A stretch of DNA of 63,060 bases, counting the filler, from Octopus bimaculoides (taxonomy: Eukaryota), in NCBI RefSeq assembly GCF_001194135.2. It is 4 parts of 4 records of this genome, joined end to end, with 100 filler letters (N's around TTAATTAATTAA, not from the genome) between each part and the next. Parts side by side here need not be neighbours in the genome. Positions count along the whole stretch, not along the records: positions 1 to 17,092 come from NC_068982.1; positions 17,193 to 26,388 come from NC_068985.1; positions 26,489 to 53,066 come from NC_068996.1; 1 more part is not named here. One strand, written 5' to 3'. Below, in pieces: positions 14,708 through 28,611 of the stretch (its first letter is position 1; every line of letters begins with the position of its first letter). The notes under the pieces were generated by a model. The model saw only the letters and a list, made by a program, of their open reading frames with translations. It searched no databases and was not told where the DNA came from. The translations under genes and the position numbers were made by a program.

Positions 14708-14930
14708 GCACACACACACACACACACACCTGTGCTCTGTGCATGCGCGTACTCATATATATACATTAGACTTCTTCCAGTTTCTTTTCAACAAAATCCA
14801 CTCACAAGGACTTGGTCGCCTCGAGGCCATAGTATAAGACGCTTGCCCGATATGCCACACAGTGAGACTAAAACTGGAACCATGTGGCTGGAAAGCAAAC
14901 ATCTAACCACAGAGCCACGCCAATGTCTAT
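14450..14930 (-). mobile_element. SINE family A copy (tRNA head, CORE-like segment, internal (CA)n)
   Basis: Reverse complement of the family A structure seen at 47273-47680, with an expanded internal CA repeat at 14636-14729. Confidence 0.85.
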
Positions 14931-15047
14931 ATTTTGACTAAACAATAACCTGGACGTGATGTCCTATAAATATACGATATTTAAACGGATAATGCATTGA
15001 CTTCCCCTCACATTTCGATCAGGAGTCATTTTAGGATTAGAATAGTG

Positions 15048-15990
<943 letters not shown>

Positions 15991-16038
15991 ATCGAAAAAT
16001 ACCTTAGGAATGAGAACCCAGGTTCGAAATTTCCCCAA

Positions 16039-16084
16039 GACACTTCATGAAGGCTGGAGGGTATATCAGCCGAAACGTTGTGTT
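16039..16084 (+). ncRNA. Hammerhead-ribozyme relic in a Penelope-like terminal fragment (core mutated)
   Basis: GACAC-TTCATGA-A-GGCTG(gagggtatat)CAGCC-GAAA-CGTT^GTGTT. Stems I, II and III are all formable, but the core reads UUCAUGA instead of CUGAUGA. Confidence 0.6.
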
Positions 16085-16202
16085 AACAACAAACAAGATG
16101 AGGACAAATATCCGTCAATTGTAAATAATGTAAATAATGTACATAATTCCTCATCTCTTAAATATAAAAGTGTATTATTATTATTAATATTATTATTATT
16201 AT

Positions 16203-16770
16203 TGAGTGAGAGAGCAGTACATGCCATCAAAGGACTCTGAGGTAAAATATACGAATCCCAGTATACCCATCATGACTATACGTTTGATAAGAGTACACCA
16301 GGCACATGCATCGCAACCATATATGTGTGTGACATTGTGATCTCATATCAAGATGGACAGCGCATGACTCTGCAGGTGGGGCCCAGTTAGAATTTTCTTC
16401 AGGTCGAGTAGCCCATCCTGCTTAAAAGGTCCCTGAATAAGGTTTGTTTAAAGATGTTGAACGAAACACCCATGATTCCCAAAGGTGAGTCACTCAAACC
16501 CCAAAGAATTCTTCTCAACACATGGATATGATGCTCTCCCACTACTTCTGTTTCTGATCAGAGATGCACATATCGTCAGCCACTAACAGATATGCTCACC
16601 TGGTTAAGGTCAAACAACTGACAAGCAAATCTGTGGTATTGAACAGAATATTCGCCGTAGCCCATATTTTGCACCAAGACAAACAATGTACATGATAACA
16701 CTTCTGATGAGTTAAGACCAGAAACCATGAGAGCCACTGCCTGGTACTGCATTAGGGCATTTATTATTAT
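16203..16770 (-). mobile_element. About 570-bp non-coding interspersed element inserted in (TAA)n
   Basis: Complex non-coding sequence bounded on both sides by TTA/TAA repeats, next to a Dong 3' end. The strand is assigned only from the repeat orientation. Confidence 0.55.
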
Positions 16771-16780
16771 TATTATTATT

Positions 16781-17092
16781 CAGTAGTTTTATTTTTATAA
16801 CGTGCTTTCACTTCACTACCGAGCGCAGCTCTGTGCGCCTTGGGTATGTGCTGTGGTTTGCTGTGGTGCTCTTATGTTTACTGTATTGAAAGTGTTTTGC
16901 GTAGAATGTGTGCAGTACCCAGTAGTGCAATTTTCTGTATGTTATATATATTTGTAAGTCCTGGTGTTTTTGTTATGTATTTGTCTGAATATTTTTTTAT
17001 TATACCTAAGGCACCTACTATGATAGGAATTGTTTCTGTTTTTAGATTCCACATTCGAGTTATCTCTATTTCCAGGTCTTTGTATTTTGAAA
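16781..17092 (-). mobile_element. Young R4/Dong element 3' end (REL endonuclease C-terminus plus 3' UTR), cut by a gap
   Basis: Uninterrupted frame 17092-16878 reads SKYKDLEIEITRMWNLKTETIPIIVGALGIIKKYSDKYITKTPGLTNIYNIQKIALLGTAHILRKTLSIQ*. A short UTR and (AAT)n follow, the known Dong target repeat. Confidence 0.92.
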
Positions 17093-17720
17093 NNNNNNNN
17101 NNNNNNNNNNNNNNNNNNNNNNNNNNNNNNNNNNNNTTAATTAATTAANNNNNNNNNNNNNNNNNNNNNNNNNNNNNNNNNNNNNNNNNNNNATATATAT
17201 ATATATATATATAGGATATCCTTTAGTACAGCGCAACTCATTAGCGTTCTTAAGGAACAAAAATAGGCAAGAATGGAGAACAAATTCCAAAGGTCAAATC
17301 CCTATATCGAATTAAATCACTTCGCATCATAAGCAAGTTCATATACAGTATCAATTCAAGTACAAATATACAAATCATGAAAGCGTATAATACATAAATG
17401 CACCTGCATTAAAACTTTCAATTTTTACGAATCGATGACAAGGTTAGAAGGTAGGAATCCAAGGAGCTATAGTATCCGATGAATTCGGATGAATGTTTAA
17501 TGAGTACATATTCATACGATCGTTTCGAAAAATTTTGGTTTGAAATGGGCGAGTATTCCATCCATAACAGTTGACCACATTTCTCTTATCAGAGGTGCAT
17601 TAAAGATTTAATATTCTAAATATTATATAATTTCTAAACAAAAAAGCGTTTTAAGATAATATTAAATTTTTTTTTAAAAAAGATTTGTAAAACATCCCAA
17701 AAATATAAGAACTTTCCTAA

Positions 17721-17846
17721 AATTCTCCATTCTTGCCAATATATATGTAAGAATTCTCCATTCTTGCCTATATATATATATAAGAATTCTCCATTCTTGC
17801 CTATATATATATATAAGAATTCTCCATTCTTGCCTATATATATATA
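17721..17846. repeat. Tandem repeat, 4 units of AATTCTCCATTCTTGCC plus (TA)n
   Basis: A constant core is separated by variable-length TA runs. Confidence 0.95.
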
Positions 17847-17893
<47 letters not shown>

Positions 17894-17910
17894 ATGTATC
17901 TATGTATGTA

Positions 17911-18062
17911 GGACTTCTTTCAGTTTCGTCAACCAAATACACTCACAAGGCTTTGGTCGTCCCGGAGCTATAGTAAAAGACATTTACCTAAGGTTCCATA
18001 CAGTCGGGTTGAGCCCGGAACCATATGGTTGGAAACCGAGATTCTTACCACTCAACCACACC
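17911..18062 (-). mobile_element. SINE family A head
   Basis: CTTCTTTCAGTTTCGTCAACCAAATACACTCACAAGGCTTTGGTC...GGAACCATATGGTTGG matches family A. Confidence 0.85.
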
Positions 18063-19067
18063 TATGGTTTTATTTATTTATTTATTTATTTGGTGGTCGC
18101 GAGTGTATTTAGGAATTGAAACTCTGATTAATGTAGCCACGTAGCATAAATATATTCCTGACGAAACATTCTGAATTTTATCCAATCTACTAGCCTCCGA
18201 ATACCACATTCCTGTTATAGATTATTACATTTATTCATTTTTATATTGTATTTAATGAAATACATAATATACTTTCGCCATCCTTTTTTCTTTCCTTTTT
18301 TTTTATTGTCATTGAAAGAAATTTCATTTACTTTATTCTACATATTTTCGTAGGTCAGATATTTCTTATTTTGAAGAGGTTATTTTTCCACTTACATTTT
18401 CTTTCTGCTTAATTCTCTGTAGAGTCCTTTTCATCCTCTTGAAGCATGTTGCTGTAGTAACAGCATCGATATTTCTTTTTATTTCTATTAAAACTTCTTA
18501 TTCTTTGTGATTTAACCTCACTTGTTGAAGTGTTTTTTTTCTTTTCTGTTAACTGCTTTGAGTTCCAGGTTTTCCTTTAATTTTCTACATTTTGTGTAGG
18601 TCTGTTTTCTTTCTGTGTGATGTTTCTGAATGCTTCTTTGGGGTTTGAAACATTCTAGCAATCACATTTCTTCTTGTATTTCTTTCTATATTGTCTTTAT
18701 TGTATTTTTTTATTATTCTGCTCGAAGGTTGTTTTGCTTGCAGTTTCCTTTATGAATGTTTTAATAAAACTTTTTTTTTTCAATTGATACTTGAGTTGCT
18801 GCTTCTATTGGGTGATTTATAATGTCTATCACATTTAATTCCATTTTTATTTTTTATATCATTGTGAATGCTTCATTAAATTGGTGGAGTAATGTTTTAT
18901 GCCTGTAATGTTTGTGAAATGACAGAGAGATCCATTGACAACAAGTGCCGTATTTGTGTTAGTGTTCCACATACATTTGATTTTGTTATTCACATTGCTG
19001 TTGACGACGACAGTGATGATGATGATGATGATGATGATGATAACAATAATTTTAATTTTCTTTTCAG

Positions 19068-19103
19068 ATGAAGAATTATCAGGATCTGGTTCGGGTTCTG
19101 GAG
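19068..19103 (+). CDS. Candidate 36-nt coding exon, DEELSGSGSGSG (proteoglycan GAG-attachment segment)
   Basis: Acceptor ttttcttttcag and donor GAG|gtaagc. Read as phase 1-1 it gives acidic residues followed by four SG dipeptides. An alternative phase-0 frame (MKNYQDLVRVLE) is also open. Confidence 0.7.
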
Positions 19104-19866
19104 GTAAGCAAAACAAAATTCATAATTTCATTTACTACATTACATTAACATTACAATATAACAAAACAGCTCCAAAAAGCAGCTAAAATATCCTCAATTT
19201 GTATCGCCTTTCAAAAAACAAGGTCCATAGGATACACCGCCCCAAATTTAAAACGAGTAAACCTTTGTAGAGAAAATTTCAGTAGTCTTTTGTATGCTTG
19301 TAAAATAATCTGCAAAGGAAGATTCAATATAGTCGCTCGTTTTTCGAAGAAAGTTGCAGAAACTCTCCTTCAAATCAGAAACTACTATATTAATGAAAAG
19401 GCAGGATATATTGGACAGTATATTCCCTCATATACAAAAACATGGGATGGTCATAGCCAGAATATCTTTTGTCACAAGTTTGATCAATTAGGGTACTAAG
19501 GATATATATATATATATATATATATATATCCTGGAAAAAGGATATATGTATTTGCATCGGGACATTTTTCGCATCGAAGGTCGGCGATTGTCGTACGCTG
19601 AGAACGGGTAAATACCCAGAAACTTGAGTCCGTACGTATCGCAGATCAAGATGGGAAGGATGACTTCCCTTTGCAAATACAGACAGGACACAGATGTGTG
19701 TCAATAGCCAGCTGGAGGAGATGTTCTCCTGGGGCTAAAAGCAACAGTAACATCCACCCTTAGGGGTCAGCCACATTTAAGTGGCAAATATACTTCACCT
19801 ATATATACATGCATATTCATTTATACATACAAACGAATGAATGCACATGATCATATGTACATGGTT

Positions 19867-20016
19867 TACGAGGGGTGCTGAAAAGTTCCCGGCTTTGAGT
19901 AAAAGAAAATACAGGAGGATCAGCTAATTATGATTCTATTCAACATATTCCCTTCTCAGATTCACACACTTATTGCAGCGGTCCTTCAGCTTTCCTAAGC
20001 CCTGTAAAAGAACTCG
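19867..20016 (-). mobile_element. Mariner-derived MITE end
   Basis: TA plus the TIR CGAGGGGTGCTGAAAAGTTCC. The minus strand encodes LQGLGKLKDRCNKCVNLRREYVE*, a mariner transposase C-terminus. Confidence 0.85.
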
Positions 20017-20142
20017 AAAGTATCGACCAGACTATCGGATGTTCTTAAACACTGCTGGTCACTATGCACTTCTTCGCATTGTTGTATCTTTCGAAACATG
20101 TCACTTCGCTGGTTAGGTGGGAAGGCCGTTTACATAGTGTCT

Positions 20143-20200
<58 letters not shown>

Positions 20201-20419
20201 ATACGTATGCATGAATGTATATAGAAAATCCGCGTTATGACAAAATAAATATTCAAGAATTGGGGTTCTGAACCAAGATGTTCCGGATTCGATCTCACCG
20301 CATCACAACTTGAGAAAATTCAATTCTTTATGACATCAGGTCGATCCATATCTTGTGAGTGAGATTAGATAAATAGAACTGGATACAAGCACTTTGGATG
20401 AATGGCACATGTAATTCGA

Positions 20420-20800
20420 AAGACAATGCCTTATCAAAAACTAAGCCACGCTGATTCTGCTTGAGAATTACGTTAAGGCTACACGTATCTCTAAAATGCT
20501 CAGTCACTTGCTAATTCAAAGAACAGTTTAATTCAGTTGGCTGGACAACTGAATGTTCATCGTCGAAACAGGTAGTGAACCATCCATCCATGTAGAAAAT
20601 TATTGAAATGTCTATTGTGCTATTCTAAGTGTAACAGGTGTGGAGGCACATGGCTTAGTGATTAGAGTGTTGCACTTACGATCGTAAGCTTGTAATTTCG
20701 ATTCCTGGACGGGGTGGGCGATGAGTTGTCTTCTTCACTTCACGTTGTTCCAGTCCACGCTGCTGGTAAAAATGTGCAGTCCTGCTACGGCTCGAAGTCC
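20420..20800 (+). mobile_element. Degraded SINE family D pieces (tail, then head)
   Basis: Similar to 39240-39415 (tail) and 38841-38990 (head GGCACATGGCTTAGTG...TTCGATTCC). Confidence 0.65.
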
Positions 20801-21009
20801 CATCGCGCAGGTGGGTGGAGATATATAAACCACAGAATCCGAGAAACCGTCCTTATGAGCCTATGGATCGGGAAGAAATTTTGATCATTTTTGAAGGTAT
20901 AAATTTGCCCCACAACTTACTTTTCAAAATATCTGGTAATTATTTTATCATTTTCCGAACTGCTAAGTTATGGGAACAAACCAACGAACATGAACACATA
21001 CAGACACGC

Positions 21010-21049
<40 letters not shown>

Positions 21050-23699
21050 ACACATAAAGATATATATATGTGTGTGCGTAAGTCAGGTTTCCATACAGTT
21101 TCCATCGACCAAATTAACTCAAAAGGCATTAGTCGGCCCGGAGCTATAGTAGACGTCATTTTCTCAAGGTGCCGCTCAGTGAGATTCAATCCGAAACTGT
21201 GATTTCCACNNNNNNNNNNNNNNNNNNNNNNNNNNNNNNNNNNNNNNNNNNNNNNNNNNNNNNNNNNNNNNNNNNNNNNNNNNNNNNNNNNNNNNNNNNN
21301 NNNNNNNNNNNNNNNNNNNNNNNNNNNNNNNNNNNNNNNNNNNNNNNNNNNNNNNNNNNNNNNNNNNNNNNNNNNNNNNNNNNNNNNNNNNNNNNNNNNN
21401 NNNNNNNNNNNNNNNNNNNNNNNNNNNNNNNNNNNNNNNNNNNNNNNNNNNNNNNNNNNNNNNNNNNNNNNNNNNNNNNNNNNNNNNNNNNNNNNNNNNN
21501 NNNNNNNNNNNNNNNNNNNNNNNNNNNNNNNNNNNNNNNNNNNNNNNNNNNNNNNNNNNNNNNNNNNNNNNNNNNNNNNNNNNNNNNNNNNNNNNNNNNN
21601 NNNNNNNNNNNNNNNNNNNNNNNNNNNNNNNNNNNNNNNNNNNNNNNNNNNNNNNNNNNNNNNNNNNNNNNNNNNNNNNNNNNNNNNNNNNNNNNNNNNN
21701 NTATATATATATATATATATATCCTTAGAGCTGTGTTAACCCAATGTCTCATAGGCCGTAACTCTGAGAAAAATTATATATCTGTGCTTGTGTCTCACTG
21801 TTTGACAACTTATATTGGTTTGCTAACGTCCTAGTAACTTAGCAGTTCAGCAGAAGATAGCAAAAGAACAAGAACTAGGCTTGCAACAAGTACTAGTGTC
21901 GGTCTGATACACTAAACTCCTCAAAACGATGCCTTATAGGTGTATGGCTGCAGTTCAATGACTGAAATAAGTAGAAGAATAAAAGAATAATTCTCGAAGA
22001 AAAGCACACGCAAACACACACATACACACACACACGCACATGCACACACATATATGTGAGTGTATATGCGCGTGTGCTTATATACAAACGTGCATACATA
22101 TCTATATACGTAAACATTAGAGCAGTTGATTGTATTGTGGTATTTAATTAATAGCCCGAGAACAGAAAGCTGGTGATTTCAGGCAAAGAAAAATGACCGA
22201 CTTGTATTTTACAAAGTCGCTAAGTAAGTGGAACTGGGTAGATATGCAAGACTTTTCTAAAATTCAAGGTGTAGATGTATACTATTGATGTTCTCTAAAT
22301 TCTAGTGAAAGAGCTTTCTTTTTTAATTGAAAACAAGTTCTAGAATGAGAGAGCTAAAAAGGAATGAGACATACGTACATACATACATACAGACAGACAG
22401 ACAGACAGGCAAACAGACGGACAGAAAAGCAGACAGACGCCCACATAGTACATACATACATACACGCAGACAGATGCAAACATACACAAATACACACATA
22501 TATATATATATGCATATTTACACACATACATTCATAGCTACGAACATACTCTTTGATATATATATATACAAATATATATGCGTCCATTCATTTATGCACG
22601 TAGCTGAACATTCAGACATGCAAACGTGCGTGCATAAATGCATTTATATATCCATATACACATGCATACATGCAATATATTCAACCCTGCATGCATTTTT
22701 ATTAAAGGATAAAAAGTAATTATAAAATTTAAAATTACTAGTAAAAAAACATAACCAACTTCGGATCTGATTGCATATTTATGAAAGTCTTCAGAAGTTT
22801 CCAACAATGTCCGCTGCAATTCAAAGAAGAGTAGGACAGAGAATGAGAGAAGGTGGTGGGAAGAGGTAGAAGAAAGAGCATAAGAGATAGAACGATATAT
22901 AGAGAGGAGGAATGGGGGACGGAAAACAAGCGACTTACTGTCTACCACATTAAATATGTAACAAATACTGCATGCAGTCATCGGATTTTGTCTTCGCGAA
23001 GAAATCAATTTCGTACTGGCATCAATGATACCAGTACATTCCAAAGCTGCTACAAAGTATTTTGTTTAAATTTTTATTTTATGTGTATGTGCGTACATAT
23101 ATATATATATATATATATGATGTATGTATGTATACATACATATATATAATTATATTTTCAACTGGAATCAATATTTGTTCTTTACATCCCATAATATTGA
23201 CTTGAGTCATAAATAACTTCAGATTGTTTATTTTTTGTCTGTTTCTTTGTTGTTGTTTTCATTTTATGTTCAAATAAAGAACAAAAATTGGAAGTCGTTT
23301 ATGAATCAGCTTAATTGTTTTGTTCTTCTTGTATAGCATCAAATTATTATATGTTCAGAGAGAGATGGTGGGTTGGATTTTTCTGAGGTTTTGGGGTTTA
23401 TTTGTTTGTTTGTTTTTGCCTTTTTAATTGAGTTACTTTATATCTCCTAATGTTCTCCTATTTTTGATACACCATACACAATAGATACCACAACAAATAA
23501 TACATAACTTCATGGGCAGTTATTTAGTTACAACTGAAAGTCGGAATTGGCTGAGGAGTTGGTATGGCAACGGATCACATTCGACAGGGTCAACATTGTT
23601 ATCCTATCATTAATATCTCACTGTATCCGATGTCCAAGTAGACAACGTCCATCGGCTTTAATCACCCAGCAACAAATTTTGAAGAATACTACAATGATA

Positions 23700-24180
23700 C
23701 AATGGAATATTACAGTCTTTATATACTGTGGAAAACTGTGGAATGTTTCAGTTCGGGCTAGATTTGACAATGTTTCATGCCTCCTTTATTCAGGAACACC
23801 GTGACTACACTGTGGGATAGTGTGGAATATAGTTACAGGTATAGTGGAATATGCAATTATAGATATTGTGGAATACTACTACTATAAATTCTGTGAAATA
23901 CTAGAGAGTATATAGTAATAGAAACTGGAATACTATGGAATACAGAGTTGTCAATACTGTGGAATATTACAGATAGAATATTGTGAAATATTGTGGGATA
24001 CTGCAGTTATAAATACTGTAGAATATGGTAGTTAAATATACTGTGGTACATTTTGGAACACTGGAATTTTGTGGAACACTGGAACACTGTGGGAGACTGG
24101 CGAACACTGTAGAATACTGGGGAACATTGTGAGATACTGGGGAATACTACAGAATTCTAAAGAAAGCTACAGCTTTGAAA
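23700..24180. repeat. Degenerate minisatellite of roughly 10-11-bp GAATACTGTG-like units
   Basis: Repeated TACTGTGGAA/GAACACTGG variants. Confidence 0.85.
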
Positions 24181-24902
24181 ACACTAGTATACTATTCACA
24201 ACTGTATAACTAACGAGCAAACGAGAGAGCGTATTGAATCATAAAAAGGAGTCCTCTACATGGCTCGGTAGCCAACATGCGATACAAAACCTAGAGCTCT
24301 CTTAAATCACAAGTGCTTTCATAAAAGACGGGAAGGGCAGTTTAGGTTATGTAGTTCCAGATACTTTAAAAAGATAGGACTGTCACGTATGGAATATCTA
24401 TGATCAAAGATAATTTAGATTACGTTTGTTCTGGGGTACTGAAAAACAATAACGAGTAGAGCTTCTACGTGGTCGTTGGATCGTCAAGAAATAGTAGCTC
24501 TAATTCTCTCTCAAGGCACACAAAAAAAGAAAATATGTAAATATAGGCTGACACAGCTAGAACGATTTTGAACCTTAATCAGACACGATTAGGAGTTAAT
24601 AACATTAGTTTATTGTTTAAACATGTACCAAATGTCATTTGAACGCCGCTTCAGTTTTAGTTTGGATTTATTGTGAGTCTGATAACTGATGTGAAACAGT
24701 TGTGTTATATTCATCACAAACATATACATACTTATAATCTTAGAGATGCAAGTAGTATACATGTATTGACGTATACTAATAGATATTTACAATAAATTCT
24801 TAGATTGGTTTGCTACTAAAACTCCGGCTTGAAGTGCAAATGGGAATGAGGTGTTGAAATTGCCTATCCAAGATGGCTAAAGGCGGTACCTGATTCAGCG
24901 GG

Positions 24903-25012
24903 TATAAATATATCAAAATGGAAGCCGGACATGCAAAACATTGGGCGTTATAAATATCTTCGAAAGACGCCAAATGTTTTGCTTGTCCGTCTTCCATTTT
25001 GATCTACTTATA
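24903..25012. other. Long imperfect hairpin (37-bp core stem, 18-nt loop), pri-miRNA-like
   Basis: 24912-24948 pairs with 24967-25003 with 3 mismatches and extends 9 bp further with 2 mismatches. Confidence 0.85.
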
Positions 25013-25721
25013 ATTTTGTATATTTACTTATACCTGTAACACTATTACGATAACAATAGAAAAGTTTATATTTGACTTACGAGGTAGGTCGAAGTTGTCT
25101 CCTGTTGGTTCCTAAATAAATAAAATATTAGTCATTAATTAATATCGTTTTATCTCACCACGCAAATATTTCTAGTTAGCTTTTCCAAATATTTCCTATA
25201 TTAATTATGTTAACACCAACAAATCTATAAATATGTTAACTTGTGAACGATTAGAAAGTAATTACATGAGTATGCGTAATTTTGAGATTAGACCGTTTAA
25301 TTACAATACTTTCAGACAGTACAAGGCAACAGACAATACAAGGCAACAGACAATACAAGGCAACAATATATGTTTGTATATAAATGTGTGTGTATATTTT
25401 AAAACAAAGAAAAGAGATGTGTTTATATATGCGTAGATGTGTGTATGTGTCTGCATGTATTACGTGTGGCTATAATGATAAAATAATTAATGTTTGTATA
25501 TGTACGTAACAGACAACAAAGCTAAGCGCGTATGTGTCGATATATTGTAGAGTATTTAATGTATTGTTCACGTAGATATTTCTGTGTAAGAAAAATATGA
25601 TTCAATGTGCGTGCATATGCTATGTGATCTGTCTTGTAATATATATAACAACGTAAAAACGTTTGCACACACACACACACACACAAAAAAACATACATAC
25701 ACACGCATATATAAATGTATG

Positions 25722-25786
<65 letters not shown>

Positions 25787-26488
25787 CTCTGTGTACATAT
25801 ATGCATTCACATCACACATACATACAAACATGTATGTATGAAGGACGTCACTTTTCACAGAAGCTCAACAGTGCCTATAAGGAATATGAAAGAATAAAAA
25901 GAAAACTTATAAATTGAATAAACAATAAATTAGAAACGTTTTAGAGTAATTACTCATTATAAAAGAATTGCATTATTCTCCCTTTCTTTCTTCTCTCTCC
26001 CTCCCTCTCTCTCTCTCTCTCTCTCCTACCCACATATACACACACGCAAACACACACACACACACACACATATTACGGTTCTCTCTCCTTTTTTTCACTC
26101 TCACTCAAGTACTTGTAATCTAACCCTCACTTCGTTTCACTCTCTTTCTCGCGCCCTCTCTATGAAATTAAACGGTATATAAAGACTCACATTCTGTGTT
26201 TATTGATTCTACACTTTGTGCTTGTGTGCGAGTGTCTATACGTGTGTATGTGTGTGTGTGTGTTTGTGTGTGTGAGTGTGTGTTTGCGTGCGTGTGCAGA
26301 TACACAAAACGTGTGTGCATGTGTTGTGTGTGCCAGTGTACACATAGATACACATATATATATTCATATATATATATATATATATATANNNNNNNNNNNN
26401 NNNNNNNNNNNNNNNNNNNNNNNNNNNNNNNNTTAATTAATTAANNNNNNNNNNNNNNNNNNNNNNNNNNNNNNNNNNNNNNNNNNNN

Positions 26489-26712
26489 TAAAAGACACCA
26501 TTTTGAGCGTGGCCGTTTTCGTGCGGGTGACACGTAAAAGCACCCACTACACTCTCTGAGTGGTTGGCGTTAGGAAGGGCATCCAGCTGTAGAAACTCTG
26601 CCAAATCAGACTGGAGCCTGGTGTTGCCATCCGGTTTCACCAGTCCTCAGTCAAATCGTCCAACCCATGCTAGCATGGAAAGCGGACGTTAAACGATGAT
26701 GATGATGATGAT
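26489..26712 (+). mobile_element. SINE family C 3' part with (GAT)n tail
   Basis: TTGGCGTTAGGAAGGGCATCCAGCTGTAG...GGACGTTAAACGATGATGAT; near-identical to the reverse complement of 37394-37625. Confidence 0.9.
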
Positions 26713-26857
26713 ATATATATACACACACACACAAACACACACACATGTGTGTGTGTATTTGTATGTGTGTAACTTAGCAGTCCAGCAATACCAGACTTAA
26801 TGAAATAAGTATTGGAGTTGAGCATGTTTGATTAAAACCCTTCAAATTTGTATTCCA

Positions 26858-27120
26858 GCACAGCTGTGTGGTTTGAAATTGGCTTCCCAACCACACAGTT
26901 CTGGGTTCAGTCCCACTGTGTTGCATTTTGGGCAAGGGTTTTCTATTATAGCCCTGTGCCAACAAAAGCATTGTGAGCAAATTTAGTAGACAGAATCTGA
27001 AAGAAGTCTGTTATACATATTGTGTGTGTGTGTGTGTGTTTGCCCCACCCCTACTGCTTGAAAACTGGTGTTGGTGTGTTTATGTCCCTTTAACTTTTGG
27101 CAAAAGGGACTTATAGAGTA
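26858..27120 (+). mobile_element. SINE family A copy
   Basis: A box GCTGTGTGG, B box GGTTCAGTCCC, CORE-like TTTTGGGCAAG and internal (TG)n. Confidence 0.8.
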
Positions 27121-27228
27121 AATATATGTTTATTTCATCCCATGGGAAATTGATACATGATTTTTAAGCTGGATGCCCCTCCTTTTGCCAATCCATGTCA
27201 GCAACCTATTTTTCAAATGAAGAATTTC

Positions 27229-27345
27229 ATTATTACCTCCGTCTTTGCAAAGACAGAGGTATTGTTTTCAGTGGTGTTTGTTTGTTTGTCTGTGGACAAG
27301 ATATCTCAAGAACCGCTGGATGGATGCTAGCAGACAACTTGTTGA
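27229..27345 (+). mobile_element. Possible Helentron/HINE-like 5' end
   Basis: ATTACCTCC-GTCTTTGCAAAGAC-AGAGGT hairpin, then GTTTTC and GTTTGTTTGTCTGT, resembling HINE/DINE-type elements as recalled. Confidence 0.5.
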
Positions 27346-27651
27346 CATGTACCAAGTGTCACTGTTGTAGCCATTGCTCTGCACAGTTTTCTAAACATTC
27401 ACAGTTGCGCGCGCGCGCACACACACATATAGATATGTATAGACTGGTTGAGTAAGTCAGTGAATGTGAAACTTGAAGTCCTAATCAAACATATTATCAA
27501 TGTGTGTGTGTGTGTGTGTGTGTAGCAAATTTCTCCTCAAACTTTTGGTCTTCCCAGAGCTATACTAGAACCCTCATGGTGCTGTTCAGTGGGGCTGAAC
27601 CCAAAGCTAAGTGGCTAAGATGGAATCATTTTTTAAGCAAATATGCATATA

Positions 27652-27720
<69 letters not shown>

Positions 27721-28304
27721 CTGTGCGTGCATCAGAATGTGGCCGTGCTGGGGAACCACATTGATGGTCTTAGTTAAAAATTTGACCCAAGCACCAATTT
27801 TGTGTTTTTTTTTAACCTGGTACTTATTCTACCTGTCTTTTGTTGCTAAACTGCTGTTATAGGGATGTAAAATAATCAATACCAGTTCTCACACAGTGAA
27901 GGAGTGGGGAAAATACACATAAATATATGCATATAAATCAAAGACAAGGAATGGAATTCACAAGATTCTTTATTCAAATTCACTACAATTGTTTCAACTC
28001 CTCTTGCATCTACACCATCTTAGGTGAGATAGTGTACAATTAATTCCTTACATCACAGGTGCAGATTGCATAGCCAATAACTATGGACATTCTTTACACA
28101 GCAACCTATAAGTTTATACCTGAAAATAAGTATACATATATATATATATACACACACACACAAGCTTCTTTCAGTTTTTGTCTATCAAGTCCACTTGCAA
28201 AGCTTTGGTTGGTCTGGGGTTATAGTAGAAGACACTTGCCGAAGGTGCCACGCAGTGGGACTGAAAGCAACTATTTATCTCACATCTATAACTGTGCCTA
28301 TATG

Positions 28305-28346
<42 letters not shown>

Positions 28347-28572
28347 NNNNNNNNNNCATCACATAGAATGTACAATGAAAATGTACTCCTCAGCTGCATA
28401 ATGGAATTTCATTTTAGAAAGTCATTTTGAAGATGTTTGCAAAAAACAAGAGTAAGAGAAGAAAACATACCATCTCAACTATACTGCTGTTCAACAGACT
28501 AGTGAATCAAACAAGAATTTAAAATCTAATTGGAGGGATAGTAGTAATTTCAAATTTAGAGGAAGGTAGATT

Positions 28573-28611
28573 ACCAGTTCACCAGTATCGCTGCAGCGAT
28601 TGCTAAGAACG
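28573..28611 (-). CDS. Weak candidate micro-exon (VVLSNRCSDTGEL or SFLAIAAAILVN)
   Basis: Acceptor ttttcttctaatataaag and donor CTG|gtaatc; CpG-rich; no homology recognised. Confidence 0.2.

Noticed and set aside
16570-16730. CTGACGA...GAAAC (minus strand) and CTGATGA...GAAAC (plus strand) in the 570-bp element
   Set aside because: No stem II closing pair or helix can form.
17721-17846. CRISPR-like regular repeats
   Set aside because: The intervening sequences are only (TA)n, there are no cas genes and the context is eukaryotic; this is a simple tandem repeat.
26628-26655. CTGAGGA-CTGGT-GAAA in SINE C
   Set aside because: The spacer is too short for stem II, and the GAAA is not conserved in the copy at 37456.
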